60,000 nucleotides of DNA from Amphiscolops sp. MND2022 (taxonomy: Eukaryota). Below the pieces are notes generated by a model that searched no databases, was not told the DNA's origin, and saw nothing but the letters and a program-made list of their open reading frames with translations. How positions within the stretch are numbered: position 1 is the first letter of the stretch; the number at the start of each line of letters is the position of its first letter. Below, in pieces: positions 1 through 13,400 of this stretch. The translations under genes and the position numbers were made by a program. Where the stretch lies: NCBI GenBank assembly GCA_964187785.1, contig OZ076409.1, positions 34,784,001 through 34,844,000 of the forward strand, in the 5' to 3' direction.

Positions 1-1367
1 GCAGGAATGCTGATGTCTCCTCGTCTCCTGGAGTGCGGGAGAATGTGGCGAACCTGTATTGAATGAAGCCTCGATTGAAGCACTTTCAAATTTTGACCCC
101 TTGCAATAGCTTGGCTATGCGATTTTAACTGTACCCGCTGTCCGTGTCAAACAATCTTCTGAAGATCCCACCAATTATGCATGGCGGTTGTTCACCTTTC
201 GATGTTTTAATGGAACTTGTAATTCGTCTGCATTAATGAGAATTTTATTCAACTGTGTCAAACGTGAAATCTGTATATATAATTCCTGCCAATTTTTCTA
301 CGCCATGAAAGCTATTTAGGAGAAATTCATCGAGTTCGTCAAATTTAGCGAGACAATTTTTTCGAATAGAAAAAAAACATTATTGGGCGATCAATTATTT
401 TTTGGTCTAAAAATTCAGGAAACAGAGGGCTCACACCTACTCATTATTCAGAAAAATCTGATGTGTATGTTGAATTTGTAATCAATACTGAAAAGAGTAA
501 AGTACTTCAACGTTCAATGGTGCCATTTTCTATTGGTCCTAATTCTTTTCGTCAAAATTGATGCCATTTGGTCAATTTTCAATCAAAATATAGTGATTGA
601 GAAAGTTGATTGAATTTTCATTGTATAACAATGTTTTTGATGATTTATTCTTTGAATCCCCATGAAAGCCTTTATTGCTGCTGTCGTATTCTCAATTACC
701 CTGCATCCACATTTTTTTAGTCGAGGCTTTTTTCACAAAATGAAAATAATGCTCAGCAAGTTGTTAACGTGCTCTGTAATTTGACTTGTAATTGACGATC
801 GATTTTCATCTTCAAAATGGGAAATAATTTTGACAATCAACTCCATTGCTCTTGGCCAAATTGATGCCAATTTACAGAGAGTGCTTGAATTGCTTGGTTT
901 TTAATTTTGTTTCTGCTATTGTAACGTTTTTGCCGTTAGTGTGTGTGCATGTCAACCTTTTTGTATCCACATTTCTCCGTATCTCAATGCTCAAGCTTGA
1001 GTTTGAAGCTCTAATTAACCGATTTTGTATGAAGAACCGCCACGGAAAAGTATTCGCATAATTTTGTTTCTGGTAGAATTAACTATCATGCAAGGTCACG
1101 CATGATGGCAGAGTTCCAACTGATTACGGAAAACGAACAGCCCAAGTCGGCGCCCCGATTGATGCACAAAAAGCAATAAGTAGTTCAAGTCGCCTTTCGG
1201 CACAAGAAAGGCTATTTCCTTACAAAATATCCAACAATTGAGTTGGGCTTCATGTGTTGCATGCCCTGAAAAACCAGAAACGGCATAATTCAGCGCCCTG
1301 TTTAATGCTCAAAATTACTGCGAAGATTTAAGGAACTTTCCGAATAATTCTCGATATCACAGAGTAA

Positions 1368-1845
1368 AACAAGCCGGGACCTGCCCAAGTCGGCGTCATA
1401 TCTAAGGCTCAAAATAGCAGAAGGACTTCAAAGTGTCAAAGTATTCTCTTCTACAGCACCCGAAAAAGTTTTTTGAAGAAGTTTCACAATGCCGAAAAAC
1501 TGAAGGGGACCATTTGGGATTTTTCAACATTCATTCTGTCGCAAAACTCTAAAAAAAGAAGGGACCCTTTGGGGATAATTTTTTTTCAAAAAAATGTTCC
1601 ACAACGCCGAAAAAACTCAAAGGTGGGACGCTTTTGTCTCGCCCGGTATTGTATGTTACGCGGAAAAAAAAAAGAAAAAACCCTTTTGGTTTAGTTCCCT
1701 GGGCCAACAGGTACATTTTGGGGGCACCTTAAATTTTTGTAGAACTTTTGGTAGAACTATTTTGGTCACTTCAGGTGTATCGAAAAAAACACTGACGAAA
1801 AGCCATGACTATAGTCGACACTTTTCTCAAGAAAGCGCCGTCTAA
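1368..1845 (+). mobile_element. Non-autonomous DINE-1/Helentron-like (HINE) interspersed repeat, apparently full copy
   Basis: Begins AACAAGCCGGGACCTGCCCAAGTCGGCGTCATATCTAAGGCTCAAAA, a terminus that recurs at about 3186(-), 3743(-), 32348, 33026 and 59648. Ends in an imperfect hairpin AGTCGACACTTTTCTC-AA-GAAAGCGCCGTCT that repeats the 5' AGTCGGCG motif. This subterminal repeat plus palindrome layout is typical of Helentron-associated elements. Confidence 0.55.
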
Positions 1846-2624
1846 AAAAAACCAAGGAGAGACTCTTGGGGCTGAAGACTTTTTTACCGTCGACAGTACA
1901 CCAAGAAATCGAAAATTGACACAATTTTTTCAAAGCTTCATTTCCCTACGAATAGTAGCTGCAGCTCAAATCGGTTTTCTGTTCATGAAAGCCTTCTACT
2001 TAAGCTTTCAAATGCACACTAATTACGCTGAGAATTGGCGCCACTTGTTTGGGTGAGAGCCACCCTGGCGGCGAGGGAACGCTTTGCAGGGCCTTTCAAA
2101 TGTCGATCGAACTCATAACTGAAGCTTCAGTGATGAAACTTCCATATGCGTTTCCAATGGTGGCCTACTGTCTCCTAATGACAAGGACAGTAATTTAGTA
2201 AACAGTTGCCCAGTAGTTGAGAAATGGCCAATTTTGTGGAATGTTTTTTTGCAAATTTTTTCCAGTTATTTTGCCGGCGCCCGGGAAAGAAAATATATGA
2301 CACAAATAACAACTCACATCAGTTAGTCCAGTAGGTTGTCGATAAGAAAAACAAATTATCTTTTTCCTACGTTTTTGTGTTTCGTAATTTTTTATTGATT
2401 GCGAAAAAACGCTGTCCTCATGTGAGGACGAAATCACTGTCGAGGTTAAACTGAGAACGTCAGAAAACTAAAAAGGGGAATCTTGTGAAATCTAAAATTT
2501 TTCAACTACCAAAACTGAACCTACAGCTAAAACTGCTAAAATGGGAGAGGGACCCAAATTTAACGAGAGGACCTTTTGTATTTTTTTGGCATGCGGCATG
2601 TTAATGGTCACTTCGAACGGGGCG

Positions 2625-3743
2625 TTTTTAGTCGGCTCTTTATCCTTTTAAGGAAAAATGCCCGACTATAGGAGTGACCTTTTTAGTCGGCGCTTTTCTG
2701 GGGAAAAGTGCCCGACTCTTACAGTGGCTAGTTTTTTTCGTCAGACTACAATCTCACTCTGATTGGGCCACTTTTCTTACAATCGAAACTACTAAAACTA
2801 CTAGCATAAGAGGCCAAGTCCGGTCAGCTGAAATTAGTGCAAAAGCGTCCCCCCTTTCATTTTTTTACTTTTTTACCGTAACCTACAAAACCGGACGAGA
2901 CTAAAGAGTCCCCCTTTCGAATTTTTTTCGTTTTTTTTCCGGCACTGTGCGACTTTTTTCGAAAATTTTTTAATGTCTCAAAAGAGTCCCTCTTTCGAGT
3001 TTTTTGATATTTTGCAACAGAATATGTGTTAATAAATACCAAAGGGTCCCCCTTTAACATTTTTCGGCACTATGCGACATTTTCTGAAAGAAAAAAATCA
3101 AAAATTTCAAGTTTTTTTTTAAAAAAAGCTTTTTGCGCATTTTGAGCCTTAGATATAGCGCCGACTTTAGACGTTCCCGTCTTGTTTTCTTCAGACTACA
3201 ATCCTCACACTGATCGGTCCACTTTTTAGAAACAATCCTGAAACCACCTAAGGCGCCAAGTCCGGCCAAGGCAAACTTAGTGCAAAGGGTCCCCCTTTCG
3301 TTTTTTACTTTTTCAAGGTAACCTACAAAACCGGACGGGACTAAAGAGTCCCCCCTTTCGATTTTTTTCGGCACTGTGCGACTTTTTATCGAAATTTTTT
3401 CTGTCTCCAAAGGGTCCCTCCTTTCATTTTTTACTTTTTTAAGGTAACCTACAAAACCGGCCGAGACTAAAGCCCCCCCCCCCCCCTTTTGATTTTTTTC
3501 GGCACTGCGACTTTTTTCCGAAAATTTTTTAATGTCCCAAAGGGTCCCCTTTGAGTTTTTTGTTATTTTGCAACAGAATGCATGATTATAAATCAAAAAG
3601 GGTCCTCCCTTTTACATTTTTCGGCAATGTGCGACATTTTCCGAAAGAGAACAATTTTCGAAAATTTCAAGTTTTCCAAAAAAAATGTTTTGCGCTTTTT
3701 GAGCCTTAGATATAGCGCCGACTTTAGACGTTCTCGTCTTGTT
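2625..3743 (-). mobile_element. Tandem/nested copies of the same DINE-1/Helentron-like repeat family
   Basis: Hairpin AGTCGGCGCTTTTC...GAAAAGTGCCCGACT at about 2685-2717. Two reverse-oriented termini TTTTGAGCCTTAGATATAGCGCCGACTTTAGACGTTCyCGTCTTGTT end at 3186 and 3743. Internal AACCTACAAAACCGG subrepeats. Confidence 0.6.
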
Positions 3744-3923
3744 TCACAAAGGGCGAACAAAAAATTCAGAACCAAGGGGACTAACTCCCAACAAGAAATT
3801 GTTCAAATGAGTGAAGTATTCAGTTGTTTCAAACAAAAGTCTGCTGACATTTCTAGTATGTATAAAATGGGTAAATGAGAAACTTAAACAGGCAAAAAAC
3901 AGCTCGAAGTCGGTGCAGAAAAT

Positions 3924-3995
3924 TGGACACTAAGATTCGAACTCCGTTCTCATGTTTCTGAAGCCAGTGCTCTAACCACTAGGCCAACTGGAATA
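3924..3995 (-). pseudogene. tRNA-derived sequence (SINE head or tRNA pseudogene)
   Basis: Minus strand has A-box TGGCCTAGTGG and B-box GAGTTCGAATC at tRNA-like spacing, but the anticodon stem does not pair. Confidence 0.5.
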
Positions 3996-4968
3996 TCGGG
4001 ACCAACCTTAACATCGAGGCCACCCTATTCGTTTCGTTGTATTCGTGTTTCTCTTAGAAGAAGTGACTAATAATCTAGTGATTTTAGTTAACTAAAAGGG
4101 CCTTATAAAAGTTTCGAAAAACATCGAAAGGGAGCTTCCAGCTTGCCAGAAAGCCTTGACATTTATTTGACTTTATCTTTGATTCTTCAAAACGAGTAAA
4201 GAAAATTTGTGGGGAAAAGGAAATTAATGAAGAGATATTTACATGAAATGAAAAGGGCAAACTTCACTCAAATAGCGAAAATCCTTGAATTCACAATGAT
4301 GATATTTTTGGCCTCTGCTCGTCTGGTATTATCATTTTATCACCAATCTATTTTAGCACATTCTTTTCAGGCGTTCAAACTGCCTTTTTGACGAGTTTTT
4401 CGATATTGTTATTGGATTAATACACAGTTTACTGTGTATGTGGCGACTGGGCCATTTTGTTCTTGGCATCTAAGTCCAAAAAACGAAAATTCAAGTATTT
4501 TAGGCCCAAAATGACGAAGTATTCTTTGATTCTTTCGACTTGTTAATCAATTTATAATGAAAATTTCTTTGACACGTTACTTGCCATTTTTTTTCAATTA
4601 GCGCTTCGTAGAATGATTAAACAGTAGAATGATGATTAAACAGTTTAAACCTTGAAGTTTTGTATTGAAGGTAAAAGGTCATATGTAAAATAGAAATTTG
4701 GGACTGAGATGATTGTTTTACGGGACTCCGGGTTATGATTTTCTGCCCGAAGCCCGGCCCGAGCCCGTTTCAAAACTCCTAACACGACCCGATATTTTTG
4801 AACATTTTTAATACCCGACGAAACTGACCGAAAACGAATTTGATACGCGAAAGTAAATTGTAAATGGTAATCAGGTATGAATAAGCATCATGAGAAATCA
4901 AAAATCCCATTTTTTATTTCTACGATAGCAGGAACTTCTGAAGTTTTGAAAATTCTTCTGAACTTCTG

Positions 4969-5123
4969 AAAATATCTGAATTTTTCACTATCACGACGAG
5001 AATTTTACTGAAAAATGTAGACATCTTGAGGTTTCAATAATATTGAATATTATTGAAATCTCAAGATGTCTACTTTTTTGTTCAGTAAAATTCTCGTCGC
5101 GATAGTGAAAAATTCAGATATTT
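4969..5123. repeat. ~155-bp near-perfect palindrome
   Basis: Arm AAAATATCTGAATTTTTCACTATC...TTTCAATAATATT and its reverse complement, centred on 5045 with essentially no loop; a few substitutions and one small indel. Confidence 0.9.
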
Positions 5124-5495
5124 TGTTCGGCAGTGACTAAGCTTGAGAATAAATTTCTCAAGCTGCCGACAATTCAATTCTCGTGCGATGGAACGAGCGA
5201 GGGGTAATTGTGCATTCGTACGCTGACGTCATTGAGATGAAGCGAGCGAATGTTCGTAATTATGCTTTCGTACGCCGAGTTATTGAGATGAAGCGAATGA
5301 GTGTTAATTATTCGTTCGCCGAGAGCTTCGCCTGCATTCAAATGCGAATGCGAAACTTCGTCTACGCTTAGTAGTTATATTTGCTTTAGTCCGACATTTA
5401 AAGGCGGTATAAACTGGTACAGTGATTAATTGTGCGCTAAATAATGAATAAACAGGAGTGTATTGGTAATCCAGATATGATTCGATTAATGAAAG
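5113..5495. repeat. Interspersed repeat, copy 1 (unclassified)
   Basis: Closely similar to 10008-10395 (TTCAGATATTTTGTTCGGCAGTGA...TGCGATGGAACGAGCGA...GCTGACGTCATTGAGATGAAGCGAGCG...). Confidence 0.8.
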
Positions 5496-5511
5496 ATTAA
5501 AGCAGAAATAA

Positions 5512-6332
5512 TACATTACAGTGCACAGGCAAGCTATTTTGCTGCTTGTCGTGGAATCCGGGACACGAAAATTGAGCAATGTCGTGGAATCCAGGACAAA
5601 ATTTACCTTTGATGTTGAGCGTGTCTTGGATTCCACGACAGTGCTTGTCCTGGATTCCACGCCAACACTGCTGCTGTAATGACACTTTTGCCGCTGCTCT
5701 CTCATTGGTCCGCTGATTTTGAGTATGTAATCATTTTTGGAAAGGCAAAAGAACTTGAATTAAATCAATTTTATATCAAAGGAAATTGTTTTGATTGACA
5801 CGAAAAATCCCAAAGTACGAATAGAGATACTCAAGAGACAATAATGGCAACAGTCAAATAATGGCAGATTGTGATGATCTGGTAGTTTCTCCAAAACTGG
5901 TACTAAACTGAAAAATACAAAAATTTTGTGTGATATTGGTGTGATTGTCTGATTCATTTTGAATTAATATACGAAAAGTAGTGCATAATATCATGTTTGT
6001 TCAGTCATCCACTTGAATTTAATTCAAACAAGAAATGCCGCGTATCGCGTCAAGCATAAAGTCGTGGAATCCAGGAAATTTACGATTTCTGCAATCTGAT
6101 TGGTTCATTTCGGAAAACTTAGTTTTTGTGGAATCCGGGACACCGCTGCATGCCGACAGTTTGTACAGCTAAGCATATGTTACTGGAATCCACGACAAAA
6201 TCCGTGGAATCCACGACAAATGACGTAATTTGCCAATTTTGCACGGTTAAAGGTATGGTCGTGGAATCCGAGGTATTGAAAGCACAAAATTGTGCTTTGA
6301 GCAAATTTAGCTTGCCTGTGCACTGTAATGTA
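5512..6332. mobile_element. Non-autonomous TIR DNA transposon (MITE-like) with subterminal repeats
   Basis: 25-bp terminal inverted repeat TACATTACAGTGCACAGGCAAGCTA / TAGCTTGCCTGTGCACTGTAATGTA; about 9 internal copies of a GTCGTGGAATCC motif in both orientations; no transposase. Superfamily not determined. Confidence 0.8.
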
Positions 6333-7789
6333 GTGTGCCCGGGGGGGCTATTTGTACAACAGAATTCATAAATTCAACATCAGACAGTTTTTTGGCAGAC
6401 ATCGGGGCTCTACGAGCTGTGCGAATAAGACCCTCTTGACTAAAATCTCGTTCACTTTGAGCTTGCGTCTAAATCTACAGTGAGCAAATAAAAGGAATTT
6501 TTTGTCGAAATTATATGACCCAGTTTAATGTATAAATTTTCGATTCATTTTCCGAATTGTTTTACCCGGCCCGAAAAAAATTGGGCTTCAAAAAGCCGGC
6601 CCGGCAACATTTTATCATGTGCTTGGTTCTAACTCTGGCGGACTGAGTTGTCCGGATACTGTGTATGTGAAGCATGAAGCCTTGTTTATCGCGTGAATTG
6701 TTACCATAGCATGTGTAACGTATCGGATCTCATTGTATCGGATCTCATCGGATAGCATTGTGTGTAACGTATCGTGATTTTCGAGTCTCTCGCCATTAAA
6801 ATATTACATCTCCATTAGTAAAGTTTTGGTTTTGTTTGATGTGTTTTTTGTTTAACGGCATGTTAATTTACCCAGGTTAGTTTTGAACTAATGGAACAAG
6901 AAATGAACCTCAAGCTAATGATTTGCCATTTAATATTTTAATAGTAGCCTTTTCAAGAGAACATTTACCTTCCCATACTCGCGAAAAATTGTGAGAAAGT
7001 TGTAAAATTAGCATAAATTGGTAGCTGATTATATGAATTTATGTGGAATCATCAAAATAGAGTAAAATAGTGGTTTAGGAATCGTTAAAAAGTAATTGTT
7101 GTAGAATTCATCAAGTAAAAATTAGGCTTTTCAACGTGTGGGCGGTGGGCAATGAAAAGGAGCCCTTTCGAGTTTTTATCAATTTTGACTGGGTTATGAA
7201 AGTTTAATTTGGCTCTTTTCTGTTTTCCCCCCCCACCACCAAAATTTTTGGGAGCAAATTTCCTTAAAAACTTTCGGCTAGCCTTATTAAAAGTAAACCT
7301 TCTTTCATAATGGGTAGTTAACGTCTATTGGAATAGTGTTTTGCTTTAACAAAAAATTGTTCACGCTTTTTGACTATAATTGTGTTCGTATTAAGTCTTT
7401 ATTGATGACTCAAAACAGTAAGCTGTTGATTTCTTCATCAAAAATGCGTGACTACATATTGAAAAAGGGTGAACAAAATTTGGATCTGAATCCTAAACTG
7501 TCACATTAAGAATAAATGTAAATTTGAAGCTTTCTGGTTTGCATTCAAGCCTTTTTGTTATACGATTTTCACTAATTTTCCAAAAAAAATTGGTGGTGGG
7601 GGGGGGGGGGAAACAGAAAAGAGCCTTTAATTTTATTGGTGCCAATTTTACGCGAGGGCTTTCTCTGATCTGATCAAGATGACAGAGGAACATCAAGTTC
7701 AGCATGTGCTGTAATGTATTGTGCACGTGCGCAGTTTTATACTGTTTGTGTTGAGCGTCTTTTGATGTGAGCCACTGTTGTTTTTGCAG

Positions 7790-7922
7790 AGGCCTCGGAA
7801 GCCACTGAGAAGCAGGACGAAGTTGTCGACACCGCCGCCTCCCTGAAAGAAGAGACACCCAAAGATGACGGTAAAGCCAGCACTGACGCCCATATACTTG
7901 AAGCTATTATTGCTGATGAAGT
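7790..7922 (+). CDS. Internal coding exon of a host gene (acidic, low-complexity protein)
   Basis: Acceptor TTTTTGCAG before 7790, donor GTGAGT at 7923; open frame ASEATEKQDEVVDTAASLKEETPKDDGKASTDAHILEAIIADE. Ends in phase 2 (GT), matching the next exon. Upstream exons not resolved. Confidence 0.65.
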
Positions 7923-8135
7923 GTGAGTAATATTGATGTTTTTGAGGGTCAGGTTTCCCTAATTTGGTAATGAAGTGGTCGTGTTTAAAAAAGAGAAGTT
8001 AATCCTCAGTTGGATGATAGCGGCGTAATTTTTAATTGAATGCAGCATCCATCAGCTCATTCGTATTCGTTTCTTGGGTACTAAAACTTTAGTAGTCAAT
8101 AAAAATCACTTTGGTCTAAATCTTTTCTATGTGTA

Positions 8136-8505
8136 CCACACTGGACCAGTTAAATTTTAGCTTAATCGATTAATCGTTTAAAATAACCTGTTAATAGGCT
8201 AACCGCATCGTATTCGTTCACCAAAGAAAAAAAATGCGAACTGAAAATCAATCGAATTTTTCTTTAAAAAGTAGCTTCAGCGAACTTTAACTTGACAAAA
8301 AATATGACTTGAGAGTTTTCAAAATTCTGTCTGAACCAGCTGTGGTAGCCTTTATTTGTTCTTCCGTTTGATAGAGAGCACTATTGTAGAGAGCATCCGT
8401 GCATCAATCGGGCTTTTCTAACTATACTGTCAACTATATATTGCTTTAACCGTTGGAAATTTTTTGATCGATTAAGAATTAACTGGTTAACTGGTCCAGT
8501 CTCTA
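8136..8505. mobile_element. Intronic MITE-like element
   Basis: Inverted termini ACTGGACCAGTTAA (8140-8153) and TTAACTGGTCCAGT (8487-8500), with TAATCGAT subterminal motifs. Confidence 0.5.
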
Positions 8506-8946
8506 AATGAAGGAAATGAATGTCGAAATGAAGGAAAGGGTCTATGGAAATTTTGCTTCAGAAATGTTTACAAAATGGAAGTGTTTCGAGCCCCCACTCT
8601 GTGAAATCATTGTCGAAATAAACAGAAATTATTTTTCTGTTTATTAGAAATGTTTTCAGGAAAAATTTCAAAATTAACGACAAGCTTTCAAAATTTCATC
8701 TAAATTTGAAGCATTTCGTAAGAAATCTGGACAATCCTAAAATTGAAAGTTTTATAGCGTTTTTAATTCGGCCAAAATTGAGACCCATTTGCTGTTTCGT
8801 CTTGGGCTTTTTGGCGCCGTTGGGCAATGTTTTTCGTTTTCACGAGAAAAAATCTCACGGGAGTAATTAAAGCTTTGAGATATGGCCTATCGCCTCAAAA
8901 AGTACTTTAAAATAAGAAGATAGTTTTATGAATTGTTTCATTTCAG

Positions 8947-9388
8947 CATATCCACTGCCAGCCTTCTTGATGACGAAGCACTGAAGAAGGCGAGCGGTGA
9001 AGTTGTAGAATGTTCTTTGACAGAAGATTTCCTCGCGTCCCCTCGTCACCCTGCTGCGGCTGAAAATAATTCGGAGGAGAGCGGCTGCAAGCTTGACGAC
9101 TCGGGAGAAGTCTTTGAAGTTTCTGTTTCTGCTTGCGAAGATGAGGCTCCAAACCCAACTGCTAGTTCTCTTCCAGCCACTTCTTCGGACTCGCCTTCCT
9201 CCTCCGCCTCCGCCTCCTCTTCTCCCTGCAAGGGCAGCCAGCCTCCCCCCGTGTCAGCACCGGTCCCCTCGGAGGGCGAGTCAGCACCGGGAGTGGATGA
9301 GCTGGACACGGGGCTGGTCGAGGACAAGGGGAAGGATGCTCAGTCTGTAGACAGTGCACAAAAGCAAAAGCCTTGTTCAGATGTTTGA
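8947..9388 (+). CDS. Terminal coding exon of the same host gene (Ser/Pro/Glu-rich, probably disordered)
   Basis: Acceptor TTTCATTTCAG; GT+C gives Val in frame with ISTASLLDDEALKK...QKPCSDV-stop; GC-rich compared with its flanks; AATAAA at 9582. Confidence 0.7.
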
Positions 9389-10007
9389 AATATAATTCAC
9401 GCTAAAGCATTTCCTATCATATCTCTTCTCAGTTTGATCTGATCTCTTCTCATTTAGATCTCTCCCTATTAGTGTTTTTATTCAATAGTCAAATAGTATT
9501 GTTATTGATTGATATTTATCCTTGTTCCCACTTTGAATTGTAAATAATACGAGACAAATTCTTGCAAATTTTGTCGGCTTTAATAAATCTTTATTATGTA
9601 TCTTTTCGATAAGCACAGCCTTGATCAAGTTACTGATGTTGACTTCTGACTAAAATATCGCGAAATACTTTTGGTGGAAAAAGTTGGACCTGAAATGGTC
9701 ATTTTATTTCATCTACAGAGCTCAAGGTTGCTGTTCAAAGCTTGAGATGATGATACTAATAAATCTAATATTAGGAAATTACGTTCTGGATGTAACGTTT
9801 TGGATCAGTTATAGGCACAGGACATCGTTTTAGGGATTGACGTGCTGTACAACAACGTATTGTTTAACGTTTTTGGGCTTCTGCAACTACGAAAGAACTT
9901 TCTTTTTGGTTTCGTTATTTTTAATATTTCTGCTTTAGCAGGAATATTATTGTAACCTCAAACTTTCTTTTTTTTTCAGTACAAATTTTTCGGACGATCT
10001 GAATAAT

Positions 10008-10395
10008 TCAGATATTTTGTTCGGCAGTGAGTGTAAGCGTGGGAAAGCTGCCGACAACAATTCAATTCTAGTGCGATGGAACGAGCGAGTGGTAATTATC
10101 CATTCGTATGCTGACGTCATTGAGATGAAGCGAGCGTTTGTTCGTAATTGTGCTTTCGTTGCCCCGAGTTATTGAGATGAAGCGAATGAGTGTTAATTTT
10201 TCGTTCGTTGAGAGCTTCGCCTGCATTCAAATGCGAATGCGGAACTTCGTCTACGCTTAGTAGTTATATTTTCTTTAGTCCGAGAAGAATTAAAGGCGGT
10301 GTAAACTTGTACAGTGATTACATGTAATTGTGCGCTAAATAATGATTGAACAGGAGTTTATTGATATTCCAGAAATGACTTTATTATTGAAAATA
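10008..10395. repeat. Interspersed repeat, copy 2 (same family as 5113-5495)
   Basis: Direct sequence similarity to 5113-5495. Confidence 0.8.
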
Positions 10396-10468
10396 AAAAA
10401 GGAGTGTAGCGAACATTCTACGTCTGATTGGAAAATTGTTTTGAATAACCGGCTTTTTACCATTGTTA

Positions 10469-13400
10469 ACTTCCATAGGGGATAAGTTCTCTCAGTTTGA
10501 AAAATTGTTGATTATTTCCTGCATTTTAGCTTTTCAAATGTCTTTAACTCTCAAAATGGCTTACTTCAGTATACTTCCATAGGGGATAAGTTCTTTCGGT
10601 TTGAAAAATTGTTGATTATGTCCAGCATTTTAGTTTTTTATTTGCCTTAGTCTCAAAATGGCTTACTTTAAGTGTACTTCCATAGGGAATAAGTTCTGTC
10701 GGTTTGAAAAATTGTTGATTATGTCCAACATTTTAGTTTTTTATTTGTCTTTAACTCTCAAAATGGTTTACTTTAGTGTACTTCTATATGGAATAAGTTC
10801 TCTCGGTTTGATAAATTGTTGATTATTTCCAGCATTTTAACTTTTCAATTGTCTTTAACTCTCAAAATGGCTTACTTTAGTGTACTTCCATAGGGGATAA
10901 GTTCTGTTGGTTTGAAAAATTGTTGATTATGTCCAGCATTTTGGTTTTTTATTTTTCTTTAACTCTCAAAATGGCTTACTTCAGTATACTTCCATAGGGG
11001 ATAAGTTCTTTCGGTTTGAAAAATTGTTGATTATGTCCAGCATTTTAGTTTTTTATTTGCCTTAGTCTCAAAATGGCTTACTTTAAGTGTACTTCCATAG
11101 GGAATAAGTTCTGTCGGTTTGAAAAATTGTTGATTGTGTCCAACATTTTAGTTTTTTATTTGTCTTTAACTCTCAAAATGGTTTACTTTAGTGTACTTCT
11201 ATATGGAATAAGTTCTCTCGGTTTGATAAATTGTTGATTATTTCCAGCATTTTAACTTTTCAATTGTCTTTAACTCTCAAAATGGCTTACTTTAGTGTAC
11301 TTCCATAGGGGATAAGTTCTGTTGGTTTGAAAAATTGTTGATTATGTCCAGCATTTTGGTTTTTTATTTTTCTTTAACTCTCAAAATGGCTTACTTCAGT
11401 ATACTTCCATAGGGGATAAGTTCTTTCGGTTTGAAAAATTGTTGATTATGTCCAGCATTTTAGTTTTTTATTTGCCTTAGTCTCAAAATGGCTTACTTTA
11501 AGTGTACTTCCATAGGGAATAAGTTCTGTCGGTTTGAAAAATTGTTGATTGTGTCCAACATTTTAGTTTTTTATTTGTCTTTAACTCTCAAAATGGTTTA
11601 CTTTAGTGTACTTCTATATGGAATAAGTTCTCTCGGTTTGAAAAATTGTTGATTATTTCCAGCATTTTAACTTTTCAATTGTCTTTAACTCTCAAAATGA
11701 CTTACTTTAGTGTACTTCCATAGGGGATAAGTTCTGTTGGTTTGAAAAATTGTTGATTATGTCCAGCATTTTGGTTTTTTATTTTTCTTTAACTCTCAAA
11801 ATGACTCACTTTAGTGTAATTCCAAAGGTGATAAGTTCTGTCGTTTCTAAAAATTGTTGAATATTTCCAGCATTTTGACTTTTCAATTGTCTTTAACTCT
11901 CAAAATGGCTTACTTTAGTGTACTTCCATAGGGGATAAGTTCTGTCGGTTTGAAAAATTGGTGATTATGTCCAGCATTTTGCTTTTTTATTTTTCTTTAA
12001 CTCTCAAAATGACTCATTTAGTGTAATTCCATAGGTGATAAGTTCTGTCGTTTCTAAAAATTGTTGAATATTTCCAGCATTTTAACTTTTCAATTGTCTT
12101 TAACTCTCAAAATGGCTTACTTTAGCGTACTTCCATAGGGGATAAATTCTCTCGGTTTGAAAAATTGTTGATTGTGTCCAACATTTTAGTTTTTTATTTG
12201 TCTTTAACTCTCAAAATGGTTTACTTTAGTGTACTTCTATATGGAATAAGTTCTCTCGGTTTGAAAAATTGTTGATTATTTCCAGCATTTTAACTTTTCA
12301 ATTGTCTTTAACTCTCAAAATGACTTACTTTAGTGTACTTCCATAGGGGATAAGTTCTGTTGGTTTGAAAAATTGTTGATTATGTCCAGCATTTTGGTTT
12401 TTTATTTTTCTTTAACTCTCAAAATGACTCACTTTAGTGTAATTCCAAAGGTGATAAGTTCTGTCGTTTCTAAAAATTGTTGAATATTTCCAGCATTTTG
12501 ACTTTTCAATTGTCTTTAACTCTCAAAATGGCTTACTTTAGTGTACTTCCATAGGGGATAAGTTCTGTCGGTTTGAAAAATTGGTGATTATGTCCAGCAT
12601 TTTGCTTTTTTATTTTTCTTTAACTCTCAAAATGACTCATTTAGTGTAATTCCATAGGTGATAAGTTCTGTCGTTTCTAAAAATTGTTGAATATTTCCAG
12701 CATTTTAACTTTTCAATTGTCTTTAACTCTCAAAATGGCTTACTTTAGCGTACTTCCATAGGGGATAAATTCTCTCGGTTTGAAAAATTGTTGATTATAT
12801 CTAGCATTTTAACTTTTCAAAAGTCTTTAACTCAAAATGGCTTACTTCAGTAAACTTCCATAGGGGATAAGTTCTGTCGGTTTGAAAAATTGTTGATTAG
12901 GTCCAGCATTTTAGTTTTTTATTTGTCTTTAACTCAAAATGGCTTACTTCAGTGTACTTCTATATGGAATAAGTTCTGTCGGTTAAAAAATTGTTGATTA
13001 TGTCAAGCATTTTAGGTTTTTATTTGTCTTAACTCAAAATGGCTTACTTTAGTGTACTTCCACGGGAGATAAGTTCTCTCGGTTTGAAAAATTGTTGATT
13101 ATTTTCAGCATTTTAACTTTTCAAATGTCTTTAACTCTCAAAATGGCTCATTTTAGTGTACTTCCATAGGGGATGAGTTCTCTCGGTTTGAAAAATTGTT
13201 GAATGTCAAGCATTTTAGGTTTTTATTTGTCTTTAACTCTCAAAATGGTTTACTTCAGTATACTTCCATAGGGGATAAGTTCTGTCGGTTTGAAAAATTG
13301 GTGATTATTTTCAGCATTTTAACTTTTCAAATGTCTTTAACTCTCAAAATGGCTCATTTTAGTGTACTTCTATATGGAATAAGTTCTCTCGGTTTGAAAA

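Noticed and set aside
1..1100. Possible degraded coding sequence on the minus strand
   Set aside because: Frequent stops in the frames read and no motif I could assign.
3924..3995. Functional tRNA gene
   Set aside because: A and B boxes are present, but the anticodon stem does not pair.
4721..6607. CCCGGCCCG-rich ends suggesting a larger hAT-like MITE enclosing nested repeats
   Set aside because: No clean terminal inverted repeat or TSD could be defined.
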